From a virus (lineage: Duplodnaviria > Caudoviricetes), in the IMG/VR virus record IMGVR_UViG_3300044568_000638, positions 1 through 62,808 of that record: DNA of 62,808 nt, one strand, 5' to 3'. Both the position numbers and the translations under genes were made by a program. The notes below the pieces were generated by a model. It had not been told where the DNA came from and did not search any database. It saw only the letters and a program-made list of their open reading frames with translations. Each line of letters opens with the position of its first letter. Position 1 is the stretch's first letter. Below, one piece after another: positions 19,218-28,119 of the stretch.

Positions 19218-22200
19218 CACTTGAAGAACAGATCCAGTCTGAAATAGAAAACGAAAAAAAGTTATCAGCAAAGGATTCTTCAGAAAAACCTGTTGAAGAA
19301 AAGCCTCCTCTTGCTGATGTAACAGCTCCACAACCCGTGTCTGGAATGACTCAAGTTAAATCAAAGCCACTTGAATACATGGAGCCAGCTACTGAATTGC
19401 TAGGAATGACTGGTGCTGTTACTCGTGGACTTACCGTTCCAGCAGTACAAGCTGCCGCTGGTGGAGTTTTGGGATCTATTGCTGGCCCTCCCGGCATTGC
19501 CGCTGGAGCTGCTGCTGGCCCTATTGTTTTTGGTCTTGGCGATCTAGCTATTGAGGGAGTCAATTCTTATTTTGGAACTGATTTTGGAACTTCTCGTGGA
19601 GCAATAACGCATCTTTTAGATAAACTTGGAACTCCAAAACCTGATACTGCTGCTGAGAGGGTTACTGAGGCAGTAACTGAAGGTTTAGCAAGTGGAGGTG
19701 GATCTGCTCTTGCATTTAAAAAAGGTGGAGAAATTGCAAAAGCTGGAAGTAAACTTCAAAAAGTATCTGAGTTTATGGGTCAGAAACCTTTAGAACAAGC
19801 TGTAATTGGCGGGTTAGCTGGAGGAGCATCATCTGGCGCACAGGAGGCTGGAGCTGGCCCTGTTGGATCTGCTTTGGCTGGTTTAGCTGCTGCTGGAGCT
19901 GTCCCTGCATTGAAGTATGGAACTAAAGCTGGAATGAGAACATTTTTTCCAACTAAACAGCAATTAGAGCAAGAAGCAATGCAGTCCGCACAGGGAGTTT
20001 ATCAAACACTTCTTCCAGATGAAAAATCAAGACAAGAAGCAATTTCATCATTAAAAAGAGCAGGAGAAGTAGCTGATAAAGATATTAAATTGATGACTGG
20101 TGAAATAACTGGTCAAACTGGATTATTAGCATTGCAACAAGCATTGGAAAAATCATCTATTGAAGTTGCCAATCGTAAAGTTGAAAACATTAGAGGTATT
20201 AGCACTAAGGTTAGCGAGGGTCTTGAGACTACTGGAGTAAAACCAGAAGAAGCTGAAATGTTTTTTAAGTCTAAATTAGATGAACTTGAAAATGTAGCAA
20301 ATCAGTCTTCAGATGCATTAACTTTATCTGGAGACATTGAGAGTCAGGCGATGATCAATGAATCTAAGCAAATTTTGGCAGAGCAAAAGAAACTAGCTGA
20401 AACTGGAGTTTTAACAGCAGAAGAGGCATATAAAAACGCTGAAAATAAACTTAATAATAGAATTGAAACATACAAGCTAAGTGCTGGTGCAGAAGCAAAA
20501 GATCCAGCAAGTAAAATTGCATCAAATGTTATTGAAAAACAAAATGAAGCTGGAGGCATATATGCTACTCAATTATATTCTAAAATAGGAAAAGTAGATC
20601 CATTTGAACAGCCAAATACCAAAAAAGCAATTGATAATTTAATAGCAAAAACTCCAGAAGGAGAAAACGGAACAAAAGATATTCCTAAAATAATTAAAGA
20701 CATATATGCTAATATTTCAGATCAAGATGGAAATTTAAAATTAAAGGAATTATGGGAGCCTGTTGATTGGAGACAAAAGTTAAATGATGAAATTAATAAA
20801 GCAATAAGAACTGGAAATAAAAAAGAATCAAAAAAACTTATTGAAATTAAAAAATCAATTGATGCTGACTTAGCACTTCTTGAAGAAGTTTATCCTCAAA
20901 TCAAGGAAGCAAATAAGTTTTATTCAGAATATTCTGATATTTTTAATACTGGAGCATCTGAAGAGGCATTTAAAGAAGGCGTAAGCGCAACAAAGGTATT
21001 AAAAGAATACATCCCAGCAAGTGCAGAATTAGCAACAGAAGATGATTTGTTAAGATTACGAAAAGCAATCGAGGGACATCCAAAGGTTCCAACGTCACCA
21101 GAATTAGTTAAAGAGGGATTCAGTGCTGTTGACGATTGGGTTTATAGTCAAGCATTTAATTCTATTAATAAAGGAAATCCATCTAGTTCATTAAAAACAT
21201 GGGTTAGTAAAAACGGTTCAAGAATATTTAAAGCATTTGAAGGAAGTAAATCAAATGTAAAACAAGGAATAAATGATCTTATTTCAGAATTTGAAGGACT
21301 TGAGCAAGCTAAAAAAACAGCAGAAGAAAGTCTTGAACTATCAAAAATTAAAAGAATTGAACAAGGAGAGAGTGCTGAATTGGTTAATAAGCAAAATATA
21401 GAAGCGGCTAAATTGCTTAAATCTCAAATGGAAAAAACAGCACAAAAAATCTTAACCGATTTTCAGGAACAAAATATCCCATCAAGAAATCCAGCTAATC
21501 AGTTTATTGGAGGAAATGCTGAAGATATATTTGGAAAAATCTTTGCATCAAATACATCAAGAGCAGATATGGCAAAAGTCATTGAAGCTGCATCAAAAGA
21601 TCCAACAGGAAAAGCATTAGAAGGATTAAAGAACGCTGCAAGAAAAAACTTAAAGAGTAGTGTTGACCTTCCTGCAGAACCTACTGTAAAAGCTGGAATG
21701 ACTGATGCAGTGCGGTTCAATGATGAATTAAAAGTAAGCCTTGGTAAATCAACTGAATTACTTAAGCCGGGTTCTCCTAAGAGGGATGTACTTGAGATGT
21801 TGTTTGGAAAAGATTCTAGGGAACTAAACTCACTTGATAAAACAAGAGAATTCCTTAATATGATGTCACAAAAAACAGATTTTTCTGCATCAGATGTTGC
21901 AAAGTATAAAGATATAGCTCAAAACAGCAATATTAATGATCTTTTGTCTCTTGGTGCTATTGCATTTGGAAATGTTAAAGGCTTTGTTGCTTGGAAGAGC
22001 CTTGACTTGATTAGGAAGTTCCAAAAAAGCACAAGGAAAGATGTCAGTGAAATCTTTAAAGATATTCTAGTAAAGGCTCAATTTGATCCAGAAACAGCAA
22101 TAATATTGTCTCAGCCAATTACTCCAGAAAACTTTAAACTAACTCAACGCTTGCTAAGGAACTTTGGAATTCAAGCGGAAGCTACTGACTTTGGTATTGA

Positions 22201-22264
22201 AGAGCCTACAGAAGAGGGTCAAGAAACAACACAAAACAAAAGCGGAGAATTTCCAAAACTATAA
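19214..22264 (+). CDS. Large ejection/DNA transfer protein (1016 aa)
   Basis: Gly/Ala membrane-like segments then long helical body. Confidence 0.65.
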   Translation: MTLEEQIQSEIENEKKLSAKDSSEKPVEEKPPLADVTAPQPVSGMTQVKSKPLEYMEPATELLGMTGAVTRGLTVPAVQAAAGGVLGSIAGPPGIAAGAAAGPIVFGLGDLAIEGVNSYFGTDFGTSRGAITHLLDKLGTPKPDTAAERVTEAVTEGLASGGGSALAFKKGGEIAKAGSKLQKVSEFMGQKPLEQAVIGGLAGGASSGAQEAGAGPVGSALAGLAAAGAVPALKYGTKAGMRTFFPTKQQLEQEAMQSAQGVYQTLLPDEKSRQEAISSLKRAGEVADKDIKLMTGEITGQTGLLALQQALEKSSIEVANRKVENIRGISTKVSEGLETTGVKPEEAEMFFKSKLDELENVANQSSDALTLSGDIESQAMINESKQILAEQKKLAETGVLTAEEAYKNAENKLNNRIETYKLSAGAEAKDPASKIASNVIEKQNEAGGIYATQLYSKIGKVDPFEQPNTKKAIDNLIAKTPEGENGTKDIPKIIKDIYANISDQDGNLKLKELWEPVDWRQKLNDEINKAIRTGNKKESKKLIEIKKSIDADLALLEEVYPQIKEANKFYSEYSDIFNTGASEEAFKEGVSATKVLKEYIPASAELATEDDLLRLRKAIEGHPKVPTSPELVKEGFSAVDDWVYSQAFNSINKGNPSSSLKTWVSKNGSRIFKAFEGSKSNVKQGINDLISEFEGLEQAKKTAEESLELSKIKRIEQGESAELVNKQNIEAAKLLKSQMEKTAQKILTDFQEQNIPSRNPANQFIGGNAEDIFGKIFASNTSRADMAKVIEAASKDPTGKALEGLKNAARKNLKSSVDLPAEPTVKAGMTDAVRFNDELKVSLGKSTELLKPGSPKRDVLEMLFGKDSRELNSLDKTREFLNMMSQKTDFSASDVAKYKDIAQNSNINDLLSLGAIAFGNVKGFVAWKSLDLIRKFQKSTRKDVSEIFKDILVKAQFDPETAIILSQPITPENFKLTQRLLRNFGIQAEATDFGIEEPTEEGQETTQNKSGEFPKL

Positions 22265-22265
22265 T

Positions 22266-22412
22266 ATGCCACTAAGAAAATGCGCCTCCCAAAATTGCTT
22301 TGACAGGAATGTTTCAGCAGAAGTAAAGTCAGGTAAACCTGTAAAACAAGCGGTTGCGATTGCATATAGCGTCCAACGCGAAGCTAAAGCAAAATCTAAA
22401 AAGAAAAAATAA
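22266..22412 (+). CDS. Small basic protein
   Basis: MPLRK...GKPVKQAVAIAYS...KKKK. Confidence 0.75.
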   Translation: MPLRKCASQNCFDRNVSAEVKSGKPVKQAVAIAYSVQREAKAKSKKKK

Positions 22413-22504
22413 TGAGCCTTGGTGATTGGAGTATTTTGATAATGGCAATTTCTTCATTTATTGGTGGAGGAATTTGTATTGGTGTTGCCCATTGGTGGGA
22501 GTAA
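22412..22504 (+). CDS. 30-aa membrane peptide
   Basis: TAATG overlap; hydrophobic core. Confidence 0.45.
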   Translation: MSLGDWSILIMAISSFIGGGICIGVAHWWE

Positions 22505-22508
22505 AGGT

Positions 22509-23165
22509 ATGATTACATTAAAGTCTGTTGATCCAGTATCCATGCGGTATGTGACTACTGGAGACTGGGAATGGTTGCCTAATGGAGAGTTGAAATGTTC
22601 TGTAGCAGAGTATGGCAATGAAGATGGCGAGTTTCTAGTTAGTCTTCATAAAATGGTAGAGGGTTGGTTATGCCGTAAAGATGGAATCCGCGAGGATGAG
22701 GTATCTGCGTTTGACATTTCAAATCCAGAGGCTCCACATCACAAACAGAACCAAACTGCCACAGAGGTAGAGAAGATCGTCTGTGAGGCAATGTCGATTG
22801 ATTGGGAGGCACACAAAGATTGGGTTCAACGTGCAAGTGACGAGGTAGAAGAAAAATCATTTCATGAAGTTCCATCAATGCTTATCAATGGGCCTAGATT
22901 CTGGGCTGAGTTGCATTTGCTAGGGATTCGACACAGGACAGGCAAAAACATGACAGGATGGCTTAACGATTGGCGTGATTCTATTCCATTTAATGGATGC
23001 CCATGCAAAGAACATCTTGATAATTGGTTTTCAGAAAATCCACCTGATTGGAATCGTTTTTTTGAATGGGGAATTGATTTGCACAACGCCGTAAACTTGC
23101 GTATTGGGAAGCCAACAATGGATATTGAGAATGCAAAAGAATTGTGGACTCAAAAACATTTTTAA
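22509..23165 (+). CDS. Two-domain protein with C-terminal Erv1/Alr-like sulfhydryl oxidase domain
   Basis: GPRFWAELH ... CPCKEH ... W..LHNAVNLRIGKP. Confidence 0.7.
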   Translation: MITLKSVDPVSMRYVTTGDWEWLPNGELKCSVAEYGNEDGEFLVSLHKMVEGWLCRKDGIREDEVSAFDISNPEAPHHKQNQTATEVEKIVCEAMSIDWEAHKDWVQRASDEVEEKSFHEVPSMLINGPRFWAELHLLGIRHRTGKNMTGWLNDWRDSIPFNGCPCKEHLDNWFSENPPDWNRFFEWGIDLHNAVNLRIGKPTMDIENAKELWTQKHF

Positions 23166-23172
23166 AAAGTTG

Positions 23173-23200
23173 TTGCAAGTTTTAAAATAACTTGTATATT
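23173..23200 (+). promoter_or_regulatory. Sigma70-like promoter
   Basis: TTGCAA-N16-TATATT. Confidence 0.5.
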
Positions 23201-23225
23201 TCAATTAGTTTCTTCACCGAACTAT

Positions 23226-23251
23226 AGCCTGTGTTAGCGCACAGGCTTTTT
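23226..23251 (+). terminator. Intrinsic terminator
   Basis: agcctgtgt/gcacaggct stem followed by T run. Confidence 0.7.
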
Positions 23252-23289
23252 CGTTTTTAGGTTCGGTGTAAAGTTCGGTGAAAAACATT

Positions 23290-23338
23290 TTGCATTTTTG
23301 AACTAAACGTATAAATTCACGGCATCGTTAATAACGAT
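23290..23338 (+). promoter_or_regulatory. Promoter with downstream palindromic operator
   Basis: TTGCAT-N16-TAAATT; ATCGTTA-A-TAACGAT at 23324-23338. Confidence 0.45.
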
Positions 23339-23347
23339 AATAAATAT

Positions 23348-23584
23348 ATGAATACTTTACAGATTAAACCTAAAAGAACATCAAGTAAAAGGAGCCTTTA
23401 CTCTGCTGGAAGTTTAACAACTTCTGGAACAATAGATGAAAAGGACATTTGGTTAATTAACTTAGCAGCGCAATTTGATCGTGCTTGCGATTACTTCTGG
23501 ACAAAAACTCCAGAAAGACGAAAAGTGCAAGCCGAATTTAAAAAGAATTGTAGTTATATTAATAATAGATATGCGAGTAAATAA
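23348..23584 (+). CDS. Hypothetical protein
   Basis: A-rich leader, follows promoter. Confidence 0.55.
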   Translation: MNTLQIKPKRTSSKRSLYSAGSLTTSGTIDEKDIWLINLAAQFDRACDYFWTKTPERRKVQAEFKKNCSYINNRYASK

Positions 23585-23807
23585 CCATCCAGCATTTCCA
23601 GTCACGGCATACCCCGGCGACCAAAATAGTCCCAAGGTGCGTCCTAACTCTGGTATGGGAATGCGTGATTGGTTTGCAGGACGAGCATTGGAAGGCATCC
23701 TATCCAATCCAGAAGAGCTAGCAATGGAAGCCCCACCAGAGAGTATTGCTCGTATTGCATATAAATTTGCAGACGCAATGCTAGAAGAAAGAGAACCCCA
23801 CACATGA
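23571..23807 (+). CDS. Conserved phage protein (PAFP...GM..RDWFA..A motif)
   Basis: Motif common in phage early genes. Confidence 0.75.
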   Translation: MRVNNHPAFPVTAYPGDQNSPKVRPNSGMGMRDWFAGRALEGILSNPEELAMEAPPESIARIAYKFADAMLEEREPHT

Positions 23808-23947
23808 AAAGCCAAACATCAGCCAGCTTGAAATTTGGATCTCCAATGATCGTTTCAAGTGCAGTAACAAAACCACAAAAAACAAACATCCGTGTGTCTA
23901 TGCCTAAAGCAAAGGCAAAGATGCCAAAACTACCAAAAAAGAAATAA
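23804..23947 (+). CDS. Small Lys-rich protein
   Basis: ATGA overlap, 47 aa. Confidence 0.5.
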   Translation: MKSQTSASLKFGSPMIVSSAVTKPQKTNIRVSMPKAKAKMPKLPKKK

Positions 23948-23949
23948 AT

Positions 23950-24186
23950 ATGAGCGAAGAAAACGAACTTGTCGGATTCGGTGAAGATCAACAAAAAGCA
24001 ATCGAACACGCAATAAAAGGAATTGACATTGACGCAATCAGCAAAGATGAAGTCTTTCTTGATTTCATTGGGAGATTGAAACGCTTTAACTTTGAATGCT
24101 CCGTTGCATTGCATCTCCTAGAAAAGAAGACGCTTGCTGACATGGCTGAAAAAGCTAAAGAAGTCGAAGTTGAAAGCAAAGAATAA
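23950..24186 (+). CDS. Hypothetical protein
   Basis: A-rich leader, packed ORF. Confidence 0.65.
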   Translation: MSEENELVGFGEDQQKAIEHAIKGIDIDAISKDEVFLDFIGRLKRFNFECSVALHLLEKKTLADMAEKAKEVEVESKE

Positions 24187-24189
24187 TTT

Positions 24190-24435
24190 ATGAGCATCAT
24201 CAGTGACCATGCACATGATTCCCATGATATGGGAGGAAGCTGCAAGTCTTGTGGAACTGATTGGATTGACCACATGGGTGTTCAATCCACTTGCTCTCGT
24301 CTACAGCAAGCCAGTGAGCTACTTCTAATGGCTCTTAGCTATATTAAGCAACCAGAGTATTCAAGAGATCTTGGCGAACAAGAAATGTATTTTGACTTCC
24401 GAAAAGCAGTAGAAAAGTTTTATGGAAAACATTAA
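24190..24435 (+). CDS. Hypothetical protein with CxxC..H..C
   Basis: Packed ORF. Confidence 0.6.
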   Translation: MSIISDHAHDSHDMGGSCKSCGTDWIDHMGVQSTCSRLQQASELLLMALSYIKQPEYSRDLGEQEMYFDFRKAVEKFYGKH

Positions 24436-24580
24436 GAAGTCTGAATGGTCTGGACAGGCTGGCAAAGGTGACGAAGAACGTCCTGTTGACCGCAAAAAGT
24501 ATCGCGCTAACTTTGACGAGATCGACTGGTCAGCGCATAAGAAAGCGTCTTCAAAACTTCACCCCGATAAGCGAACCTGA
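24422..24580 (+). CDS. Small phage protein (GKG...RP....Y..N.D.I motif)
   Basis: 52 aa, translated by hand. Confidence 0.65.
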   Translation: MENIKKSEWSGQAGKGDEERPVDRKKYRANFDEIDWSAHKKASSKLHPDKRT

Positions 24581-24624
24581 ATGGACAGGTGACTCCTGTG
24601 GACGCGCAGGAGAAGGGTGTCTTT

Positions 24625-24999
24625 TTAATCTATCGGCTTGTCGCTGATTTCGATTTCCGTATGTTCTTCCGTTTTGGTTTTAATTTTGACTTGCTTGAAC
24701 TGGACTTCGATGTCTTCGGGCGAGTCGTCTTTGATGAGTTTAGAGTAACGTAATTGGTCAATAATTGGTTTACAACCTCCTGCGTAGTTGTCGCAGTCGA
24801 GGGGTCTTGTACTATATCTCGTAATGCGGACGTAAGTGCGATTGCTGACCTTTTCTTTTCTTTTAGGTAGTGCGACCAGTGCTTGTTGAGCAGGATGTTT
24901 AGGGATGGGGTTAGATACCCGTGTAGGTGTAAAGTAATAGTGTCCATCTTGTGATCGTGTGTAACCTTTCTCTTTTAGTTGATCTTCAGTCCAGTTCAT
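24625..24999 (-). CDS. RusA-like Holliday junction resolvase (catalytic part)
   Basis: R.LD.DN..GG.K..ID.L....I.DD. Confidence 0.75.
   Translation of the reverse strand: MNWTEDQLKEKGYTRSQDGHYYFTPTRVSNPIPKHPAQQALVALPKRKEKVSNRTYVRITRYSTRPLDCDNYAGGCKPIIDQLRYSKLIKDDSPEDIEVQFKQVKIKTKTEEHTEIEISDKPID
24630..24947 (-). CDS. Nested alternate-frame ORF with RusA-type N-terminal motif
   Basis: TITLHL...PSLN.LL..HW....EKK; open for 105 codons. Confidence 0.5.
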   Translation of the reverse strand: MDTITLHLHGYLTPSLNILLNKHWSHYLKEKKRSAIALTSALRDIVQDPSTATTTQEVVNQLLTNYVTLNSSKTTRPKTSKSSSSKSKLKPKRKNIRKSKSATSR

Positions 25000-25253
25000 T
25001 TATTCAATTCGTCAATTATTTCGTTTAGTTTATTTATAAAAGGATCTACCAAGTGAGGCTTCCCTTGTTCAATCAGGATATCAACGAAATTCCTTGGATA
25101 ATTAGATAGAACCTCTTGTCGTTCTGGATCTGGTATTGTTTCATTTTCTATTAATGCTTCATCCAGTTCGTGACACAATGCACCAACCGTAGCGCAACAC
25201 GCCGCTGCGTATGTGATCATTGCCTGTTCAAAGTCCATTCCTTCACTTATCAT
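24996..25253 (-). CDS. Hypothetical protein
   Basis: Packed ORF. Confidence 0.6.
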   Translation of the reverse strand: MISEGMDFEQAMITYAAACCATVGALCHELDEALIENETIPDPERQEVLSNYPRNFVDILIEQGKPHLVDPFINKLNEIIDELNK

Positions 25254-25337
25254 AATATTGTCTGCGTTTTTTTGGATGCGGCAGCCCCCATTTACCCCTG
25301 CTGATCGGGAGTTCCCAACCTTAGCGAGGAAAGTTAC

Positions 25338-25541
25338 TTAAAATGGGGCTTTTTCTTCTTTTGGTAGTTTTTCTTTGAAGGAATGCGACCTGTATGTAAT
25401 TCCTTTTGATTCTTTAATCCATGTATTCATGTAATACTCTTTCCCGTCAATGTTTACTGATCCTGTTTCATCGGGATGAGTTTCTTTTTCTTTTTTGTTA
25501 TTTGGGAATGAAGCTCCGCGATTAGTGTTGTCGTATGCCAT
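25338..25541 (-). CDS. Small OB-fold ssDNA-binding protein (DUF736-like)
   Basis: G..F.N..K....HPD.TG...IDG..Y....W; ends PF. Confidence 0.7.
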   Translation of the reverse strand: MAYDNTNRGASFPNNKKEKETHPDETGSVNIDGKEYYMNTWIKESKGITYRSHSFKEKLPKEEKAPF

Positions 25542-25543
25542 AT

Positions 25544-25738
25544 TTATTCTTTTGTTTTTGGTGGGTTTAGTTTCTGCCATACTTCCGCTCCTTGTTCGGT
25601 TTGGACTAGGCAGGTTTGTTTGTTGTTTTTTCGAGCATCTTCCAATACAACATCCATCATCTGTTTTTCTTTAGGAAGATGATATGTGTTTGTAAGCTGC
25701 ACAAATCCATGTTCTTTAGCGTATTCTTTAGTTGTCAT
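25544..25738 (-). CDS. Hypothetical protein
   Basis: Packed ORF. Confidence 0.6.
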   Translation of the reverse strand: MTTKEYAKEHGFVQLTNTYHLPKEKQMMDVVLEDARKNNKQTCLVQTEQGAEVWQKLNPPKTKE

Positions 25739-25919
25739 TGTCTTGATTTTTAATTATGTCATTTATTACTTGTGAGTGTAAGGGGCAATCGCCGTTGTAG
25801 ACATGGATTCCTTCAACTCCTTGGTATCCACGTCCGTGATGGTTATCCATTATTGGGCAAGTGCAACCAAGTTCAATGGCTTCCTTTGACCCCGGATTTG
25901 GTTTGTTATTCGGTTTCAT
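25728..25919 (-). CDS. Small Cys/His protein
   Basis: PGS.EA...GCTCP.MDN...CPLH. Confidence 0.7.
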   Translation of the reverse strand: MKPNNKPNPGSKEAIELGCTCPIMDNHHGRGYQGVEGIHVYNGDCPLHSQVINDIIKNQDNDN

Positions 25920-26115
25920 CAAATGCATAATCCATAGCGATTCGCTTCCATTGTTCTACCTCTGCAACCAAAGCGTCAATTCGGTCTAAAGCCTCGTCAC
26001 GTTGCGCTGTAACTTCGCAAAGACGTTGATCGAGTTCATCAATCAAGTCGCTGTCTTCTTTCATGTATTCGCGCATTGCACAAATTAGAACTTCCTTGTC
26101 TTCTTTATTAGTCAT
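25906..26115 (-). CDS. Coiled-coil hypothetical protein
   Basis: A-rich leader; QRDEAL heptads. Confidence 0.6.
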   Translation of the reverse strand: MTNKEDKEVLICAMREYMKEDSDLIDELDQRLCEVTAQRDEALDRIDALVAEVEQWKRIAMDYAFDETE

Positions 26116-26126
26116 ATATTTATTTA

Positions 26127-26342
26127 TTAAAGTTTACCGAAATGTTGCCCGATTAAAAATGCGTAATCTTGTGGGCATAGTTCAATCTCGTCATTAGTTT
26201 GAATGAAATCCCAAATGCGATCAGCACGATCTCCAGCGGGTAAATCTTGTTGAATTCGGTCTTGTGCGTCTGCTCCATCTTGGAAGTCTGAAGGGTATTC
26301 AGCCATCCACTTTTGTGCGATTTGTGTTAATTCAAGTGTCAT
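26127..26342 (-). CDS. Hypothetical protein
   Basis: A-rich leader after promoter. Confidence 0.6.
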   Translation of the reverse strand: MTLELTQIAQKWMAEYPSDFQDGADAQDRIQQDLPAGDRADRIWDFIQTNDEIELCPQDYAFLIGQHFGKL

Positions 26343-26387
26343 ATATTTATTTATTGGTTGCTCGGCATTGCGCCTTGCTTGGTGTTA

Positions 26388-26415
26388 AATCTAGGTGGTT
26401 TTCAAAACGGGTCAA
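26388..26415 (-). promoter_or_regulatory. Sigma70-like promoter
   Basis: TTGACC-N16-TAGATT on minus strand. Confidence 0.55.
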
Positions 26416-26587
26416 TACTATTTTCTAAATATTTTTCATTGTCGCTAAAATAAATTCCGTAGATTTCTATTGCTTTTTTATATTTTTCTTCAGCGTCCGC
26501 AAACCTAGATTTGGTGCGGCTCCTCCATATAGCTGTTGCTGTATCGAGTAGAATGCAGCATTGGTCGAATGCGTTATCAGTGTTCAT
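26402..26587 (-). CDS. Hypothetical protein
   Basis: Overlaps dnaB stop. Confidence 0.5.
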   Translation of the reverse strand: MNTDNAFDQCCILLDTATAIWRSRTKSRFADAEEKYKKAIEIYGIYFSDNEKYLENSIDPF

Positions 26588-27869
26588 CAATTTGTTCAAA
26601 TCTGGAGATTGCGCCTAACATTTTTACTGGAACAAACACGTCCCTCTGTCCTCTTCTATTCTTATCGAATCTGATTCTGCTTGTCTCAATCTTCGCTGGA
26701 GCTTTGCGGAAATCCGTAACTTTCTTCTTGTCGTCTGGGTGAAGTATTATCAATAGGAAATCAGTATTCATGCCGATTGCACGGGACTCGCGCACTACGA
26801 AATCATCGTTGAGTTGTGATGCCGTAAGAACAACTGAATTGGTTTTTAATGCTGTCAGCTTTAGTCTGCGTGATAGCTCCGATACTGCCTGTTCTCTGTT
26901 ATCGGCCTTAGGCATCTCCACGATTTGAAGATAGTCTACAACGATAACATCAGCTTTACCAAGTGATGCGAGTCTTTGAGCCTCGGCAATGATCTCGCCA
27001 ACATCTGAAAGGTCATCTCGGAGCGTCAAATTCATTTTCATCAACTGCTCGATTGCGGAACTGATCTCTTTTGCATTCGCTACGTTGCGCCAGTCATTCA
27101 CCACATTAGCCTCACGCATTGGAATAATCTGCTTTCCGATTAGATTGCTAGCCATGCGTTGCAGGATGGCTTTAGAGGGCATTTCCAGCGAAAAGATGGC
27201 AACGTGCTTTCCCTGCATCAAAGCAGTCAACGCAGCTTGGTAAAGAAGGATTGACTTTCCTCCAGATGTTGCCGCACCAACAACCATCATCTCACCTCGT
27301 TGCATTCCGCCTCCAAGCAGTTTGTCGATTTTCGGTATTCCCAACGGAAACTTTTCGATTGGCTTCTTGTCATCGAGATCATCGAGGAAATCCATTAGAT
27401 GAGCTTTCACGTCTTTCGCTTGTGTCGCTTGTGGGATAGCATTGGCGATTGATTCAGCTATGCTGGACAAGTCAGCTCGCATTCCGATTATGTCTGCTTC
27501 GTTCTCCTCCCAGAGTCCGATAGCATCCCGATAACTTTTAGCTATGAGTAATTGCTGGCGATAATCCTCGGCAGTCTCAACACACATTGAACCAGCAGAC
27601 ATGAAGATGGTTTTAAGATCATCCATGACTCCTTCTTTGCCACCAGCGGCATTGAGTTTTCCGGTAGTTTCGAGGTCACTGATGGCCCCTAGTGCGTTAG
27701 TGCTGCCTGTTCTTTGATAGACTCTCTCAAGAGCCTTGAATATCAATTTGTGTTGCTCAAATGCAAATAGATCAGCAGACCATGAAAGGTGAGGTAGAAC
27801 GTCTGGATCAAGTGCGATTAACGATAGTGCCGCCTTTTCTGCCGTGATTGCGATAGGTAGGTTTTTCAT
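26577..27869 (-). CDS. dnaB: Replicative DNA helicase
   Basis: AE.A.L N-domain, GAATSGGKS, FSLEM, VVDYLQ, SQLN, RES.AI, KNRRG. Confidence 0.93.
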   Translation of the reverse strand: MKNLPIAITAEKAALSLIALDPDVLPHLSWSADLFAFEQHKLIFKALERVYQRTGSTNALGAISDLETTGKLNAAGGKEGVMDDLKTIFMSAGSMCVETAEDYRQQLLIAKSYRDAIGLWEENEADIIGMRADLSSIAESIANAIPQATQAKDVKAHLMDFLDDLDDKKPIEKFPLGIPKIDKLLGGGMQRGEMMVVGAATSGGKSILLYQAALTALMQGKHVAIFSLEMPSKAILQRMASNLIGKQIIPMREANVVNDWRNVANAKEISSAIEQLMKMNLTLRDDLSDVGEIIAEAQRLASLGKADVIVVDYLQIVEMPKADNREQAVSELSRRLKLTALKTNSVVLTASQLNDDFVVRESRAIGMNTDFLLIILHPDDKKKVTDFRKAPAKIETSRIRFDKNRRGQRDVFVPVKMLGAISRFEQIDEH

Positions 27870-28117
27870 TTAATCAAGAAAGCTGGAGTGTTTTCCCCGA
27901 CATATGCGCCTTGAACATTAAACTCAAAATACTCTTCAGCTTCCTCGCTTGTCATATCTTTCATTAAGATTTCTATGCACTTCTTTCTATCGTATACTGC
28001 AAATGCAGTTGTGAATTGATGAGCTACACCAATGAAGGCTGATTCAAATCCATCTGCCAAGATGATTGGTTCATCTTCTCCAACTAATTCAGTTATTTTT
28101 TTATTTATGTTTTTCAT
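27866..28117 (-). CDS. Conserved phage hypothetical protein
   Basis: ADGF..A.IG, AVYD..KC, EYFEFN..GAY.GE.TP. Confidence 0.7.
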   Translation of the reverse strand: MKNINKKITELVGEDEPIILADGFESAFIGVAHQFTTAFAVYDRKKCIEILMKDMTSEEAEEYFEFNVQGAYVGENTPAFLIK

Positions 28118-28119
28118 AT

